50,351 bases of DNA from Candidatus Heimdallarchaeota archaeon (GCA_019058275.1 JAHLVW010000105.1:1-50351), one strand, 5' to 3'; shown: positions 19,475 to 29,832, counted from the first letter of the stretch. Translations and numbers: made by a program. The notes: generated by a model not told the origin, from the letters alone.

Positions 19475-19559
19475 ACCGGCGACCTTCTGCTATCTCCTGT
19501 TTTTTTTATTTTTGTTCCATTAGGAGGCAGATGCGCTGTCCAAACTGCGCTACAGATCC
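19453..19559 (-). tRNA. tRNA-Arg(CCT) with a 29-nt intron at 37/38 (19492-19520)
   Basis: GGATCTG/CAGATCC + GCCA; anticodon arm TCTGC-CTCCTA|A-GCAGA; BHB central helix CTCC/GGAG; T arm GCCGG-TTCAAAT-CCGGC. Confidence 0.95.
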
Positions 19560-19625
19560 CATCCACAGTTTGAAAATAATCGCTTAAAATACTTTTTCGT
19601 TGACTTCATTTAAATAGAAAACATC

Positions 19626-21146
19626 TCATGAATCAACGTCATTTAACTTGATTGATAGTTCTTTAGCTCGTCTACTGTACCAATGAAGTAATTCACCTAA
19701 ATCTTCTGGTAGAAAGAGTTCCCCACCACACAAATCACTAATTTCCACTAATTCTTTCTTATTTACATAAGGACCTAAACCAACAGCATGTAAGACAATA
19801 TTCTCCTTATTAGCATAATTACTTATTACAACTTCTTTGACTCTTTGACTTGTATCGAAACCATCAGTTAGTAAGATAATCATTAATGGTTTCTTCCTTT
19901 TCGATCTAGGTAGATTTTTAATTATTTCATCACAGAGCTCTAAAGCAGAAGCCATATTTGTTCCTGCGCCCATTTTCTCCTCAAGATCTTCAAACATTTG
20001 CTCAACAAGTAAATTGAATGCTGTTTTTGATCTTTGATCAGCTATTACATATGGTTTGTTATCTACTTTTAGAATTTCAGCACTATCCGCAAAAACTATT
20101 AGACTGACTGTTTCACCAATACCTATTCTTGCTTTTTCACTCAAATAAAGCAAGCCGGCAAAGATAGCACCGGATTTTCTTTTAACATTATTACCGTCTT
20201 TAAATTCTTTCAGAAAATCATCAAGTCCTTCATATGTGAATGCCTTTTGTATACTCTCTACTGATGGAATAACATTTTTGACTTCTAAATCTCTACCATT
20301 CATTGATTTGGAAATGTCCATTATCAGAATGGTATTAAATTCCAATGCACCATCTGGTTTAATTGACAATACTCGAGGTTTCGTAAAATCAAAAGTTGCC
20401 ATCTCTTTTGGAGCTATTTGAGGAGATATGTTAGTTATTTTTATTGATGCATTTCTCTCTTTCCATTTAATAACAAGTCCTTCTTTTACTACATAGTTTT
20501 CTAGGATTTTCTTTAGTTTTGCAATGCTCTTTCTTAATGACCCAACAACATGAAAAATATCATTACCAGCTATTGGACTTACTGCCAAAGTAACATTGTC
20601 AACTTTAATTGGTTCCTCTTGATAAAGTCTAATTGAGACTTTTTCTTTAATATTGTAAGATGAAATGATGTTTCTGTTTATTTGAATCATACCTTCTTCG
20701 AGTTCAAGTTTAACTTGAAACTTGACTGCAATAGAATTATTGTTATTTGAATCTTCTAATATTAAAATCCCTGAATTCAAATCGGTTATTTTTCTTGCAT
20801 CTAGTTCCGAAATCAAAGCTACTCCATCTAGCAAGTCATCTTTTAATTCAACATTCAAAAAGAGCTTACGTAATTCTTTTGGCACAGGTGGAATCGGTGG
20901 AGCAGGTCGCACTACAGTTTGTTGTCCAAAGATTCTTCTTCCAATTTCACTTTTGAAATCAGGTAGTTCTGCTTCTTCTGCTTGAACACCAATGATTTCT
21001 TGAGTTTTATCAATTTGCTCAAGTAATTCGTCAGGCAACTCAGGTACAGATGGCGGAACCAGAATATTCTCATTATCGTCTGAACTAGAATTATTATCAA
21101 ATTTCTCTAGTTTGCTAGAGTCAGATATTTGTTCCTTTTCAGACAT
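19626..21146 (-). CDS. VWA-domain protein with N-terminal Pro-rich region and CDC48-N-like domains
   Basis: MIDAS DISKS...GTN...LLTDG and HAVGLG; the middle region resembles a double-psi barrel plus CDC48 domain 2 (inferred). Confidence 0.75.
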   Translation of the reverse strand: MSEKEQISDSSKLEKFDNNSSSDDNENILVPPSVPELPDELLEQIDKTQEIIGVQAEEAELPDFKSEIGRRIFGQQTVVRPAPPIPPVPKELRKLFLNVELKDDLLDGVALISELDARKITDLNSGILILEDSNNNNSIAVKFQVKLELEEGMIQINRNIISSYNIKEKVSIRLYQEEPIKVDNVTLAVSPIAGNDIFHVVGSLRKSIAKLKKILENYVVKEGLVIKWKERNASIKITNISPQIAPKEMATFDFTKPRVLSIKPDGALEFNTILIMDISKSMNGRDLEVKNVIPSVESIQKAFTYEGLDDFLKEFKDGNNVKRKSGAIFAGLLYLSEKARIGIGETVSLIVFADSAEILKVDNKPYVIADQRSKTAFNLLVEQMFEDLEEKMGAGTNMASALELCDEIIKNLPRSKRKKPLMIILLTDGFDTSQRVKEVVISNYANKENIVLHAVGLGPYVNKKELVEISDLCGGELFLPEDLGELLHWYSRRAKELSIKLNDVDS

Positions 21147-21263
21147 ATTACCCCATTCCTAAATTGATTTTTTTTATCAATATATTGTTATTAGCTTTAC
21201 ACTTAATTTTGTTTCTCTATTTTACGGAATAACGTCTAGAAAAATCATTATTCTCTTAGGTCA

Positions 21264-21998
21264 CTAATTTGATCCTAAAAATAAATAATTAGGTGATGTT
21301 AAGTATGTCTGCTTTTTTGATCCAAAGAAGTGAAATTTAACATATGGAATCTTGTTCTTTTTTAGAATTCTCTCAGCTTGTTTGATTGTATCTTGTTCAC
21401 CCTTTCTTGCAGCATCATCAAAAACAATTATGAAATCTTTTTCATTAATAATTTTAGGTATGTAATTTAATATACCAATTCTTGAATATCTATAAGAGCC
21501 AAATGGACCATCAATAATTACCAAATCATATTTGATATCTTCTTCCTCCAAAATCTTTGTTGAGTACCAAGAGCATTTGTGTTTTTGAAATTTCATTGCT
21601 TCTAGTGGAGAACAGATAAATCGACATCTTTCACTTATAGCGATTGTAGGTTTTACTATTTCAAACCATTCTTCACAATCTTCCAAAATTAGTGCTCTTT
21701 TTTTGGTATTTTCTTTGATATATCTTGAAGTAAGTTTTGTAGATTGACCCGAGCCCAATTCGAGTATTGACTTTGGTTTAACTTTTAGCAATACTTTAAG
21801 GATGTGATAAAGAAAAGATGCATCAGCTGCAAAACCATCTGGGAAAAGACTAATATCATCCCATCCAATTACCTTTAAATTGTAATATAAACTTGTCAAA
21901 TACTGTTGTTCTTTTACTATCCTCCCATAAAGCATTCGAAATGAAAGATGATTCAAAATTGTTCTTGGATGACGTTTTGGGTGTTTAACAGAACTCAT
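21264..21998 (-). CDS. Class I SAM-dependent methyltransferase
   Basis: ILELGSGQST, YDLVIIDGP, FDDAARKGE. Confidence 0.8.
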   Translation of the reverse strand: MSSVKHPKRHPRTILNHLSFRMLYGRIVKEQQYLTSLYYNLKVIGWDDISLFPDGFAADASFLYHILKVLLKVKPKSILELGSGQSTKLTSRYIKENTKKRALILEDCEEWFEIVKPTIAISERCRFICSPLEAMKFQKHKCSWYSTKILEEEDIKYDLVIIDGPFGSYRYSRIGILNYIPKIINEKDFIIVFDDAARKGEQDTIKQAERILKKNKIPYVKFHFFGSKKQTYLTSPNYLFLGSN

Positions 21999-22162
21999 TT
22001 AAATCGCATCAAAAAGGTAATAAGAAAAAACATTCTTTGTTTTATTTAATGTTTTCTGAAGTGTAAATGATAATAAAATTCAATAAACAGCTCTTTAAGA
22101 AAACTTATTTCAAGGTAAAATAATAATTTTTGAAGTAAAGATATTCAAGTTAGAAGGATAAA

Positions 22163-23842
22163 TTGATGCACAAACTAAACAGACTTTCCTCATTTCATGG
22201 ACGTTCCGGACCACTACTACTAATAATTATAGATGGTATTGGTTTGGGAGAGGAAAATGATGGAAATGCTGTGTTTCTAGCTAAACCAAAAACTCTTATA
22301 CGTTTAACTAAAGAATGTCAAAAGAAGAACCTTTATTGTACTTTGAAAAGTCATGGAATTGCTGTTGGGTTAGTTTCAGATGATGATATGGGAAATAGTG
22401 AAGTTGGACATAATACATTAGGTGCAGGAAAGATATATGATCAAGGTGCAAAATTGGTTGATATATCAATTAAGAATGGTTCTTTGTTTAGATCTGAAAT
22501 CTGGATGAAGCTTATTAATAAGGTCAAAGATGCTGGTAGTACCGTTCATTTGTTGGGATTATTATCTGACGGGAATGTTCACAGCAATTTAACTCAAATA
22601 GTTAGAATAATAGAAAACCTAGCTGAAGTTGGTGTCATCAAAGTAAGAATTCATGTATTAACAGATGGCAGAGATGTTCCTGCAAGATCAGCATTAAATT
22701 ATATTGACTTTCTTGAATTAAGATTGAAAGAGATAATGTTTAATTTCTCAATTAGAGATTATGACTATAAAATAGCATCTGGCGGGGGGAGGATGGTTGT
22801 AACTATGGACCGTTATGAGTCTGATTGGAATATTGTAAGAAGAGGATGGTATGCACATGTTCTTGGGAGAATAGATGAAGAGGAATTAAAGAATGGGTAT
22901 AGAGGTTATTATCAATCTGCAAGAGAAGCAATAAATCATGCTCAAGAATGCTTCCCAGAAAAGAATGATCAATATCTACCTCCTTTTGTGATTACTGATA
23001 AAAACAACAAACCAGTAGGAAAAATAGTTGATAATGATTTAGTTATTAATTTTAATTTCCGAGGAGATAGAGCAATACAAATTAGTAAAGCATTTGAGGA
23101 TGAAAATTTTGACAAGTTTGATAGAATTGTATTTCCAAAAATAGAATATGCAGGCTTAGTTCAATATGATGAAGATGAACATATTCCAAAACAATATTTA
23201 GTTCCTCACCCTGATATAAGGAATATTCTATCTGATTATTGCTGTGCAAATAACATTACTTCATTTGCTATTGCTGAAACGCATAAATATGGTCATGTAA
23301 CGTACTTTTGGAATGGTAATCGATCTGGTTATATTTGTCTTGATAAGGAGAAGTATATGAAAATTGAATCAGAACCAAACGAAATGATAGCAATTCGACC
23401 TCAGATGATGATTAAAGAAGTATGCAATAAGACCATTGAAACATTACAAAGTGGCGAATACAAATTTGTCAGAGTGAATCTAGCTAATGGTGATATGGTA
23501 GGTCACACAGGTAACATTGGATCATCTGTTAAAGCTGTGCAAGTAGTAGATAATTGTGTGAAACAGATGATTGAAACTGTTAACAAGCTAAATGGTATTA
23601 CTATCGTTACTGCAGATCATGGAAATTGTGAAGAAATGAAATTCCCTGATGGCAAGATTAAAACATCTCATTCATTGAATCCTGTTGGATTTTGGATAGT
23701 TGACAAAAAATGTAAAAATAATTATCAAATAAATCTTGATGTAGACGAGCCAGGATTAAGTAATGTTGCTGCAACAATCCTGAATTTGTTGGGTTTTGAA
23801 AAACCAGAAGGTTATAGAGATAGTCTAATCAAATTTAATTAG
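22163..23842 (+). CDS. gpmI: 2,3-bisphosphoglycerate-independent phosphoglycerate mutase
   Basis: IIDGIG, MGNSEVGH, SDGNVHS, DGRDV, MDRY, FNFRGDR, NGDMVGHTG, TADHGN. Confidence 0.96.
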   Translation: MMHKLNRLSSFHGRSGPLLLIIIDGIGLGEENDGNAVFLAKPKTLIRLTKECQKKNLYCTLKSHGIAVGLVSDDDMGNSEVGHNTLGAGKIYDQGAKLVDISIKNGSLFRSEIWMKLINKVKDAGSTVHLLGLLSDGNVHSNLTQIVRIIENLAEVGVIKVRIHVLTDGRDVPARSALNYIDFLELRLKEIMFNFSIRDYDYKIASGGGRMVVTMDRYESDWNIVRRGWYAHVLGRIDEEELKNGYRGYYQSAREAINHAQECFPEKNDQYLPPFVITDKNNKPVGKIVDNDLVINFNFRGDRAIQISKAFEDENFDKFDRIVFPKIEYAGLVQYDEDEHIPKQYLVPHPDIRNILSDYCCANNITSFAIAETHKYGHVTYFWNGNRSGYICLDKEKYMKIESEPNEMIAIRPQMMIKEVCNKTIETLQSGEYKFVRVNLANGDMVGHTGNIGSSVKAVQVVDNCVKQMIETVNKLNGITIVTADHGNCEEMKFPDGKIKTSHSLNPVGFWIVDKKCKNNYQINLDVDEPGLSNVAATILNLLGFEKPEGYRDSLIKFN

Positions 23843-23845
23843 ATC

Positions 23846-25429
23846 TTACAGTTTTTTTGCCATATAAGGCAATAATTTCTCAAACCCTCTTTTCTGATAA
23901 TATTCTCTTACTCCAATACCACTTGTAACTAATAACAATTCACTACCAACTTCATCTTTTGAGATTGCAATTGCTTCATCAATTAATTTAGCGCCATAAC
24001 CCTTATGCTGCCAATCAATTGTTTTTTCAGCAAGGTTCCCAATTCCCACAACAGATCCATAAATATGAATCTCTCTTATTATCGAAAATGGAGTGTCATT
24101 TACTGAGGTAATTAGCTTATCATTTGATGGATGGCGTAATCTGAGAAATCCAAAAATAATATCTTGCGAAGTATCTTCAAATGAAAGAAAAACTTCTTTC
24201 CCATTTGAAGCATCATAATCTTTTCTAACTAATTCAATGTCTTTTTCTGAAATGATTTTTCCTTTCTGTTGTTGGTGTCCAACTTCACGACATCGAATGC
24301 ATTTACACTGTCGACCTGAATCTTCTAAGTATTTTTGTGCATATTGTCTAAGATCACTCTTTTTTGGACCAGCAAAAATTCTTGGAGCAGGGATGTCACG
24401 TAATATTCGTTTAATTCTTACACTTGGCAATGTATTTGCTTTATATTCTGCAACTTGTTTTACAGTCTCGTCAAATGTTAATGGTTGGTAATCACCTGCA
24501 AGGTATTCCTCATATAGTTTAGTATTTTCCATTAACATTAGAGGGTAAATTTTAACTTCATCAGGAATGAAGCTGGAATCATTCATCATTGTTTTATAAC
24601 TGGTCAATTCTTCTTCCCAAGAAATTCCTGGTAAGCCAACCATCATATGAGCTGTTACTTTTAACCCTAAATCCCTGAGTCTTTTGAAGGCAATAGTAAC
24701 ATCATTAACAGTATGACCTCTATTTATTCTTTCATAGACTAGATCATTTATTATCTGAACTCCCAGTTCTACTCGAGTAACTCCCCAATTTAGTAACTGA
24801 TTAAGATTCTCTAGTGTACAAGTGTCTGGTCTAGTTTCTACAGTTATTCCAACACATCTTCGTTTGCTTTTCTCCGCATTAACTATTGCTTCTTCAATTG
24901 TAGATGAATCTTTATTGGTTATTCCATCTAAACATCCCTTGATAAATGACTCTTGATATTCTAAAGGTACAGCTGGCAAAGTTCCTCCCATTAGAATTAA
25001 ATCAATTTTGCTTGTGTTATGACCAATAACTTCAAGCTGGTTTATTCTCTCAACAACTTGCTCTTTAGAATTGTAATCGTGCCTTTTACCTCTCATTGCT
25101 GCAGGTTCAAACCCGGTATAAGATTGTGGACTTTCCTGTTCGGGACCGCCTGGACACATGGTACACTTTCCGTGCGGACAAGGCATAGGTTCACTCATTA
25201 CTGCCACAACAGCCACTCCAGACATAGTACGACTTGGTTTTTTCAGAAGATATGGTAAAACTATTGCCCTTTCTTCTTCAGTTGCTACTTGTAAAATATC
25301 ACTATTTCTTGGAAATGCATTAAGTGAGTATTTTTTGCAGATTTCTCTTTTGATTTTTGCTAGATCCTTTCTTTTTTTTGGAGGATCATCAATTATTCGT
25401 TCAATAATTTCTCTAAGGGCAATTTCCAA
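23846..25429 (-). CDS. elp3: Elp3 tRNA U34 acetyltransferase (radical SAM + GNAT)
   Basis: SGVAVVAVM..P.PCPHGKCTMCPGG, PQSYTG.EPA, ETRPD, REIHIYG, WQHKGYG, SGIGVREYY. Confidence 0.95.
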   Translation of the reverse strand: MEIALREIIERIIDDPPKKRKDLAKIKREICKKYSLNAFPRNSDILQVATEEERAIVLPYLLKKPSRTMSGVAVVAVMSEPMPCPHGKCTMCPGGPEQESPQSYTGFEPAAMRGKRHDYNSKEQVVERINQLEVIGHNTSKIDLILMGGTLPAVPLEYQESFIKGCLDGITNKDSSTIEEAIVNAEKSKRRCVGITVETRPDTCTLENLNQLLNWGVTRVELGVQIINDLVYERINRGHTVNDVTIAFKRLRDLGLKVTAHMMVGLPGISWEEELTSYKTMMNDSSFIPDEVKIYPLMLMENTKLYEEYLAGDYQPLTFDETVKQVAEYKANTLPSVRIKRILRDIPAPRIFAGPKKSDLRQYAQKYLEDSGRQCKCIRCREVGHQQQKGKIISEKDIELVRKDYDASNGKEVFLSFEDTSQDIIFGFLRLRHPSNDKLITSVNDTPFSIIREIHIYGSVVGIGNLAEKTIDWQHKGYGAKLIDEAIAISKDEVGSELLLVTSGIGVREYYQKRGFEKLLPYMAKKL

Positions 25430-25570
25430 GAATTCATTCTTCCTATCTTACATATTCAAATTAATTTGCTATTAGTTAACCTAAAAAATCTAGTGATAAT
25501 GATTTTAAATTGAAAATTTGAAACGAAATTAAAGAGTAAAAACTAGAAGATCTAAGCATATTCTTTCAAA

Positions 25571-25750
25571 TTATCTTTTTCTTCTTCTTTTCTTACTTGA
25601 AGGTTGGCCTATTGGTATACCTTTAACATATCGTTTGTTGTAGAGATGTTTGTTTCTTAACCTGGGACTTCTTGAAAGGTGAGGTTTTTGTTCTACTTTT
25701 GGAGTTTGATTACGAACTTTACCGGCTTTTTGGACTGAACCGTGTGTCAT
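25571..25750 (-). CDS. rps30e: 30S ribosomal protein S30e (59 aa; not in ORF track)
   Basis: Manual translation MTHGSVQKAGKVRNQTPKV...PRLRNKHLYNKRY... Confidence 0.93.
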   Translation of the reverse strand: MTHGSVQKAGKVRNQTPKVEQKPHLSRSPRLRNKHLYNKRYVKGIPIGQPSSKKRRRKR

Positions 25751-25868
25751 GCTTTCATTCCTCTAATTTCATTCATGAGCTAATTGCTTTTGAGTCTTTT
25801 GATTGACATTATATTAAAAATCTTTTTACATAATTGGATTCATATCAAATATTTGTTTTAATTGTAAA

Positions 25869-26159
25869 TTACTCTTCAATTGTGATATCCATGGATTTTA
25901 TAGATAAAATTCCAGTCTCTATCCAACGTAAATAAGAACCCAGCATTGCTCTTAGTGATATAAAATCTGATGCGTAAAAATCCATAATTAGAGTATTTTT
26001 GTCTTTGATTATAATCTCAGCTTTTCCTCTTGGAGTTAGCATAACAGTTGTCTCAGGTTTTATTGCATTATATGCAGCTTCTATTGCTCTTTCATCAGTT
26101 GATTTAATTACTAATTTTGATGAAAATTGCATAGAATTAGCATACTCATTGTTTGTCAT
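25869..26159 (-). CDS. pcc1: KEOPS complex subunit Pcc1
   Basis: AYNAIKPE...R...ASDFISLRAMLGSYLRWI; conserved position after Brix. Confidence 0.85.
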   Translation of the reverse strand: MTNNEYANSMQFSSKLVIKSTDERAIEAAYNAIKPETTVMLTPRGKAEIIIKDKNTLIMDFYASDFISLRAMLGSYLRWIETGILSIKSMDITIEE

Positions 26160-26175
26160 TTCAGACAATCCCTTA

Positions 26176-26838
26176 TTATGATCTCTCTTGGCTTCTTCTC
26201 TCTCTTCTTCTTCCAATTCCTATTATATTCATTAATGAGCGGATTGCTTCTCCTTTTTTCCCCAAAAAAACATCAGAAATAGTAAATCTTGGACCAATCA
26301 TTTTACAGGTTTCAATTTGCTGAAAATCTAATTTTATTAGGTCTTCTTTTGAATCTGAAAAGAAAATAACAATTCCTTTTAGATTAGCGTCTTTTTGAAG
26401 CTCTCTTGAACGTTCAAAATTAAAGAATAATGATAACATAGTATAAAGCTGTTCACCAAAATTAGACTTGCATTGATTTATAACACGCAATTTTGATTCA
26501 GCAGTAAAAACCGATCGTCCTCTATTCAATTCTCGAGCTAAACTTATTCCTTTAATACGAACACGATAATCTCTTTCCTCTAGTTTACCATCTACCGATT
26601 TATAGAACTTCACTAAACTAGGATTACCTTTTTTCTCATGAAGAATAAGTAATCTGTTTATACCTAAAATAGCTAGTTCATCAGCCAAATCATTTAAGCT
26701 ACGTGAACCTCGGGTAAAGTGAAAAGACCAAGGGATAACCCTCACCAAATCACGAGTAAATGATCGGGTTCTTTGGCTAGGTTTCCTTGAAGTCGTTAAC
26801 ACAAATTTCTCATATGGTGCTATGTCTCTTTCGGTCAT
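26176..26838 (-). CDS. Brix-domain rRNA maturation protein (Imp4-like)
   Basis: LTTSRKPSQRTRSF, TRG..SL, EKKGNP, IGPRF. Confidence 0.9.
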   Translation of the reverse strand: MTERDIAPYEKFVLTTSRKPSQRTRSFTRDLVRVIPWSFHFTRGSRSLNDLADELAILGINRLLILHEKKGNPSLVKFYKSVDGKLEERDYRVRIKGISLARELNRGRSVFTAESKLRVINQCKSNFGEQLYTMLSLFFNFERSRELQKDANLKGIVIFFSDSKEDLIKLDFQQIETCKMIGPRFTISDVFLGKKGEAIRSLMNIIGIGRRRERRSQERS

Positions 26839-27125
26839 TTCCTAGACTTCTCTAGTCGTTGTTCTTCTAAACTCAATGTTGTTCTAGCTGCAGTTCTTCC
26901 TGAAGGAGTTACTGGTATCCATGCTCCACCTGCAAAACTCAAATAGCATTTTTTACATTGCCAAATACCAACGGATTTTCTCCTGACTTTTGGACTTGCA
27001 CAATTTGGACATTTGTGTGTTGCACGCATACTATTCTCTACTTTTAGGAAACGTTTCTTCAACTGAGAACCATAACGAGGACCAAAACGACCTGTAGAAC
27101 CGACTTTCTTAGTTTTTCTTGTCAT
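26835..27125 (-). CDS. rpl37ae: 50S ribosomal protein L37ae
   Basis: RKTKKVGSTGRFGPRYG, CPNC, GIWQCKKC, FAGGAW. Confidence 0.97.
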   Translation of the reverse strand: MTRKTKKVGSTGRFGPRYGSQLKKRFLKVENSMRATHKCPNCASPKVRRKSVGIWQCKKCYLSFAGGAWIPVTPSGRTAARTTLSLEEQRLEKSRK

Positions 27126-27154
27126 TGATTTTATCCTCACGTTCTATTCTTTGT

Positions 27155-28015
27155 TTAACTTGTATGGTCATCCGACCAAGGATTACCCTTTGGGTCTGTT
27201 ATGGAATCGAGTTTGCTTCTTATTTCTTTCGTTCTTTCTGAAGCAATATCAATGCATTTCTTGATCTCATCTAGTGAAAAACTTCCAGATTCACCCTTTT
27301 GAGTTGCACATATTTTGTTCTCCTCTGTAAAGGCTAAAGTTATTCTTGCATCTTGAATGCTTTCTTCCTTTAAGATTGGATCAACAATTATATTCTTGCC
27401 AATTTTAGCAAAAGTACAGCTAACAGGGATATGATCCATTACTATTGGATGAGTTGTTTCAAGTAATTCAACATCCTCTGGATTACCTTCAGCATCGTTA
27501 ATGATCTTAACATCAGGTATTTGGGCATTCCTTAATGCAGCAACAGCAGCTAATGTACAAGCATCAAATAGATTTCCATCATAATCAAGAACATATAAGT
27601 CAATGAATATTACCCAAACTTTCTTGCCTGGGATTATGACTAATGATTTGGGATTTACTGCTTTTGACTCTCTAATAGCTCTATCAGTTACTCTTGCTAT
27701 CTCAATAGCTCTTGCTCTTGGAGGTCCTGATTCAAAATCTGGTGAAGCTATTGGCACTAACTCTACAGTAGTTGTAACTACACCAGCTTCAGGAGTGTCA
27801 GGGAATGGATTGCCAATTTGGGCTTTCACTCCAGCAAGTACTTTTGATTTCCCAAGTTTTGCCATGGCAGAACCTTCAGCTTTTTGAATATAACTAGAAA
27901 CAATTGCTATTTTTCTGAATTCTTCAAACAATCTACCATCTGTTCTTTTACCATGATCTAATAAAGATTGTATATGTTCACGTTCTACTAAACTAATTAA
28001 TCCTGCATTTGTCAT
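27155..28015 (-). CDS. rrp42: Exosome complex component Rrp42
   Basis: GKRTDGR..EEFR, KAEGSA, PFPDTP, FESGPP, LDYDGNLFDA, QKG. Confidence 0.95.
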   Translation of the reverse strand: MTNAGLISLVEREHIQSLLDHGKRTDGRLFEEFRKIAIVSSYIQKAEGSAMAKLGKSKVLAGVKAQIGNPFPDTPEAGVVTTTVELVPIASPDFESGPPRARAIEIARVTDRAIRESKAVNPKSLVIIPGKKVWVIFIDLYVLDYDGNLFDACTLAAVAALRNAQIPDVKIINDAEGNPEDVELLETTHPIVMDHIPVSCTFAKIGKNIIVDPILKEESIQDARITLAFTEENKICATQKGESGSFSLDEIKKCIDIASERTKEIRSKLDSITDPKGNPWSDDHTS

Positions 28016-28031
28016 TTTTTTTTCACCTATC

Positions 28032-28991
28032 TTATTTCTTATCATCTTTCTCTTTTTTAGCAGAGGATTTCTTTTCGTCATCTATTTTTTTGTCAGATTT
28101 TTTGGAAAACTTTTTCTTCTTAGCTGCCTTTTCGCCAGGCTTTTCTTTCTTGTCGTCTGTTTTTTTCTTAGCTTCCTTCTTGCCATCCTTTGCAGGTTTT
28201 GCTGGTTCCTTTTTAGCTTTTTCTTTTGATTTAGCTTCCTTTCCTGAAGCATCAGCAACCTCTTCTGTTATTTGAGAATACTTTGATTTAAGAGCATCTC
28301 TTTGTAGCTTGTAGATTTTCTTACATGCTGGAATTAGCATGTCTAAAGCTGTTTTATATAGATCAGGTGAAAATACACCATCTGATTGTAATAGAACTAT
28401 TTCATCAATATGAGGTAAATAGGCTAATGGCATATCACCTTGACCTTCTTTGTCTTCTACATCATCAAGATCTAGAACAGCTTGATCATATAAATTGCCA
28501 GCAGCGCACCCTACAACTAAATCTTTCAGTGGTATTCCAGCATCAGCTAATGCTAATGAAGCCACAGCTATTGCTGCACATCTTGTTCCACCATCTGCTT
28601 GTAAAACATTGATGTATACATCGATAACAGATCTTGGGTATAAGTAATTAAAGATAGAAGGTTCTAAAGCTTCTGCAAGGATTTTAGAAATTTCTCTTTC
28701 TCTTCTCTTTGGAGCAGGGCTCTTTCTATCAGGAACTGAGAATGTTGCCATACGATATTCGCATCTTATTAAAGCTCTATCAGGAAGAGCCATATGTTTT
28801 GGATGGAGTTCTCTTGGACCATATACAGCAGCTAAAATTTTATTTCTACCCCAAGTAATAAGTGCAGAACCATCTGCACGATCTAAAACACCTACTTGAA
28901 ATGAAATATCTCTCAAGTCATCTTTTTTACGACCATCATGTCGTATTCCATCTTTAGTTATTAAAACTACTTCTTCTTTTTCTTTCGCCAT
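28032..28991 (-). CDS. rrp41: Exosome complex exonuclease Rrp41 with Lys-rich C-terminal extension
   Basis: RHDGRK.DDLR, ADGSA, AAVYGPRE, RREREIS, QADGGTR, EDKEGQGDMP. Confidence 0.96.
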   Translation of the reverse strand: MAKEKEEVVLITKDGIRHDGRKKDDLRDISFQVGVLDRADGSALITWGRNKILAAVYGPRELHPKHMALPDRALIRCEYRMATFSVPDRKSPAPKRREREISKILAEALEPSIFNYLYPRSVIDVYINVLQADGGTRCAAIAVASLALADAGIPLKDLVVGCAAGNLYDQAVLDLDDVEDKEGQGDMPLAYLPHIDEIVLLQSDGVFSPDLYKTALDMLIPACKKIYKLQRDALKSKYSQITEEVADASGKEAKSKEKAKKEPAKPAKDGKKEAKKKTDDKKEKPGEKAAKKKKFSKKSDKKIDDEKKSSAKKEKDDKK

Positions 28992-29027
28992 TTTTTTCAC
29001 CGAAATAATCATTATTGTTTATTATAC

Positions 29028-29807
29028 TTACTTTTTTGTAACATCTTTCTTTTCTGTTGGTTTCTCTGCTTTGGCTTTATCTGAATTCTTTTTCAAATTC
29101 TTCACAGCAACTTCCAAGAATTCTTTAACCCTATCAGTTAATCCTGTAGTATGAGCTTCTCGGTCAATTTTTTCTATTGCTTGCAAAACCAAATATTCTT
29201 CTTCAAAGGTATTACCCTTGAACCATACACGACCATTTTGTCCAACTATCATTCGACTATTTGTGTATTGTTTGATTGTTGAAATCATGCTACCTCTTCT
29301 ACCGATTAGTCGTGGTATTTTAGAAGGACTTACGTCAATAATCCTTCCTCCAGATAGTTTCCCCAGATAAGGTCCACCACTACCAGAACGATTATCATTT
29401 CTGAGAGTTAAACTGGGATCACGGGTTCTATCAAAAGTGAAGACTTTTGCGACAATCACATCTCCAACATCAAAGATTTTTCTTGTTTGATCTTTTAATG
29501 GATCAAACCTTCTATCAAGTGAACTTGAAGGTCTTAAAATACCCGGATATGGGCTTGAAATATCAACTGTCCAAGAATTTAGTGACACATCAGTTATTTT
29601 TCCAACTACCAAATCACCGACTCTAGGAATATACTTTCCTTTTAGTGATACAACACTAATTTGATTATCTTTTACAGTTACAAGTCCTATCACTTGTGAA
29701 ACTATTTTTTTATCTTGCCAATAGACATTCGAACCTAAATGATATTCACCTTCAGCGATAACTTCACCGGGTGTTACCATTGATCTATCTTGTATTAGAA
29801 TTGTCAT
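29028..29807 (-). CDS. rrp4: Exosome RNA-binding cap protein Rrp4
   Basis: VTPGE, YIPRVGDLVVG (S1), KIPRLIGRRGSM and VGQNGRVW (KH), EAHTTGLTDR. Confidence 0.96.
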   Translation of the reverse strand: MTILIQDRSMVTPGEVIAEGEYHLGSNVYWQDKKIVSQVIGLVTVKDNQISVVSLKGKYIPRVGDLVVGKITDVSLNSWTVDISSPYPGILRPSSSLDRRFDPLKDQTRKIFDVGDVIVAKVFTFDRTRDPSLTLRNDNRSGSGGPYLGKLSGGRIIDVSPSKIPRLIGRRGSMISTIKQYTNSRMIVGQNGRVWFKGNTFEEEYLVLQAIEKIDREAHTTGLTDRVKEFLEVAVKNLKKNSDKAKAEKPTEKKDVTKK

Positions 29808-29832
29808 TTATTAATTCTCCATTATCTTAATT

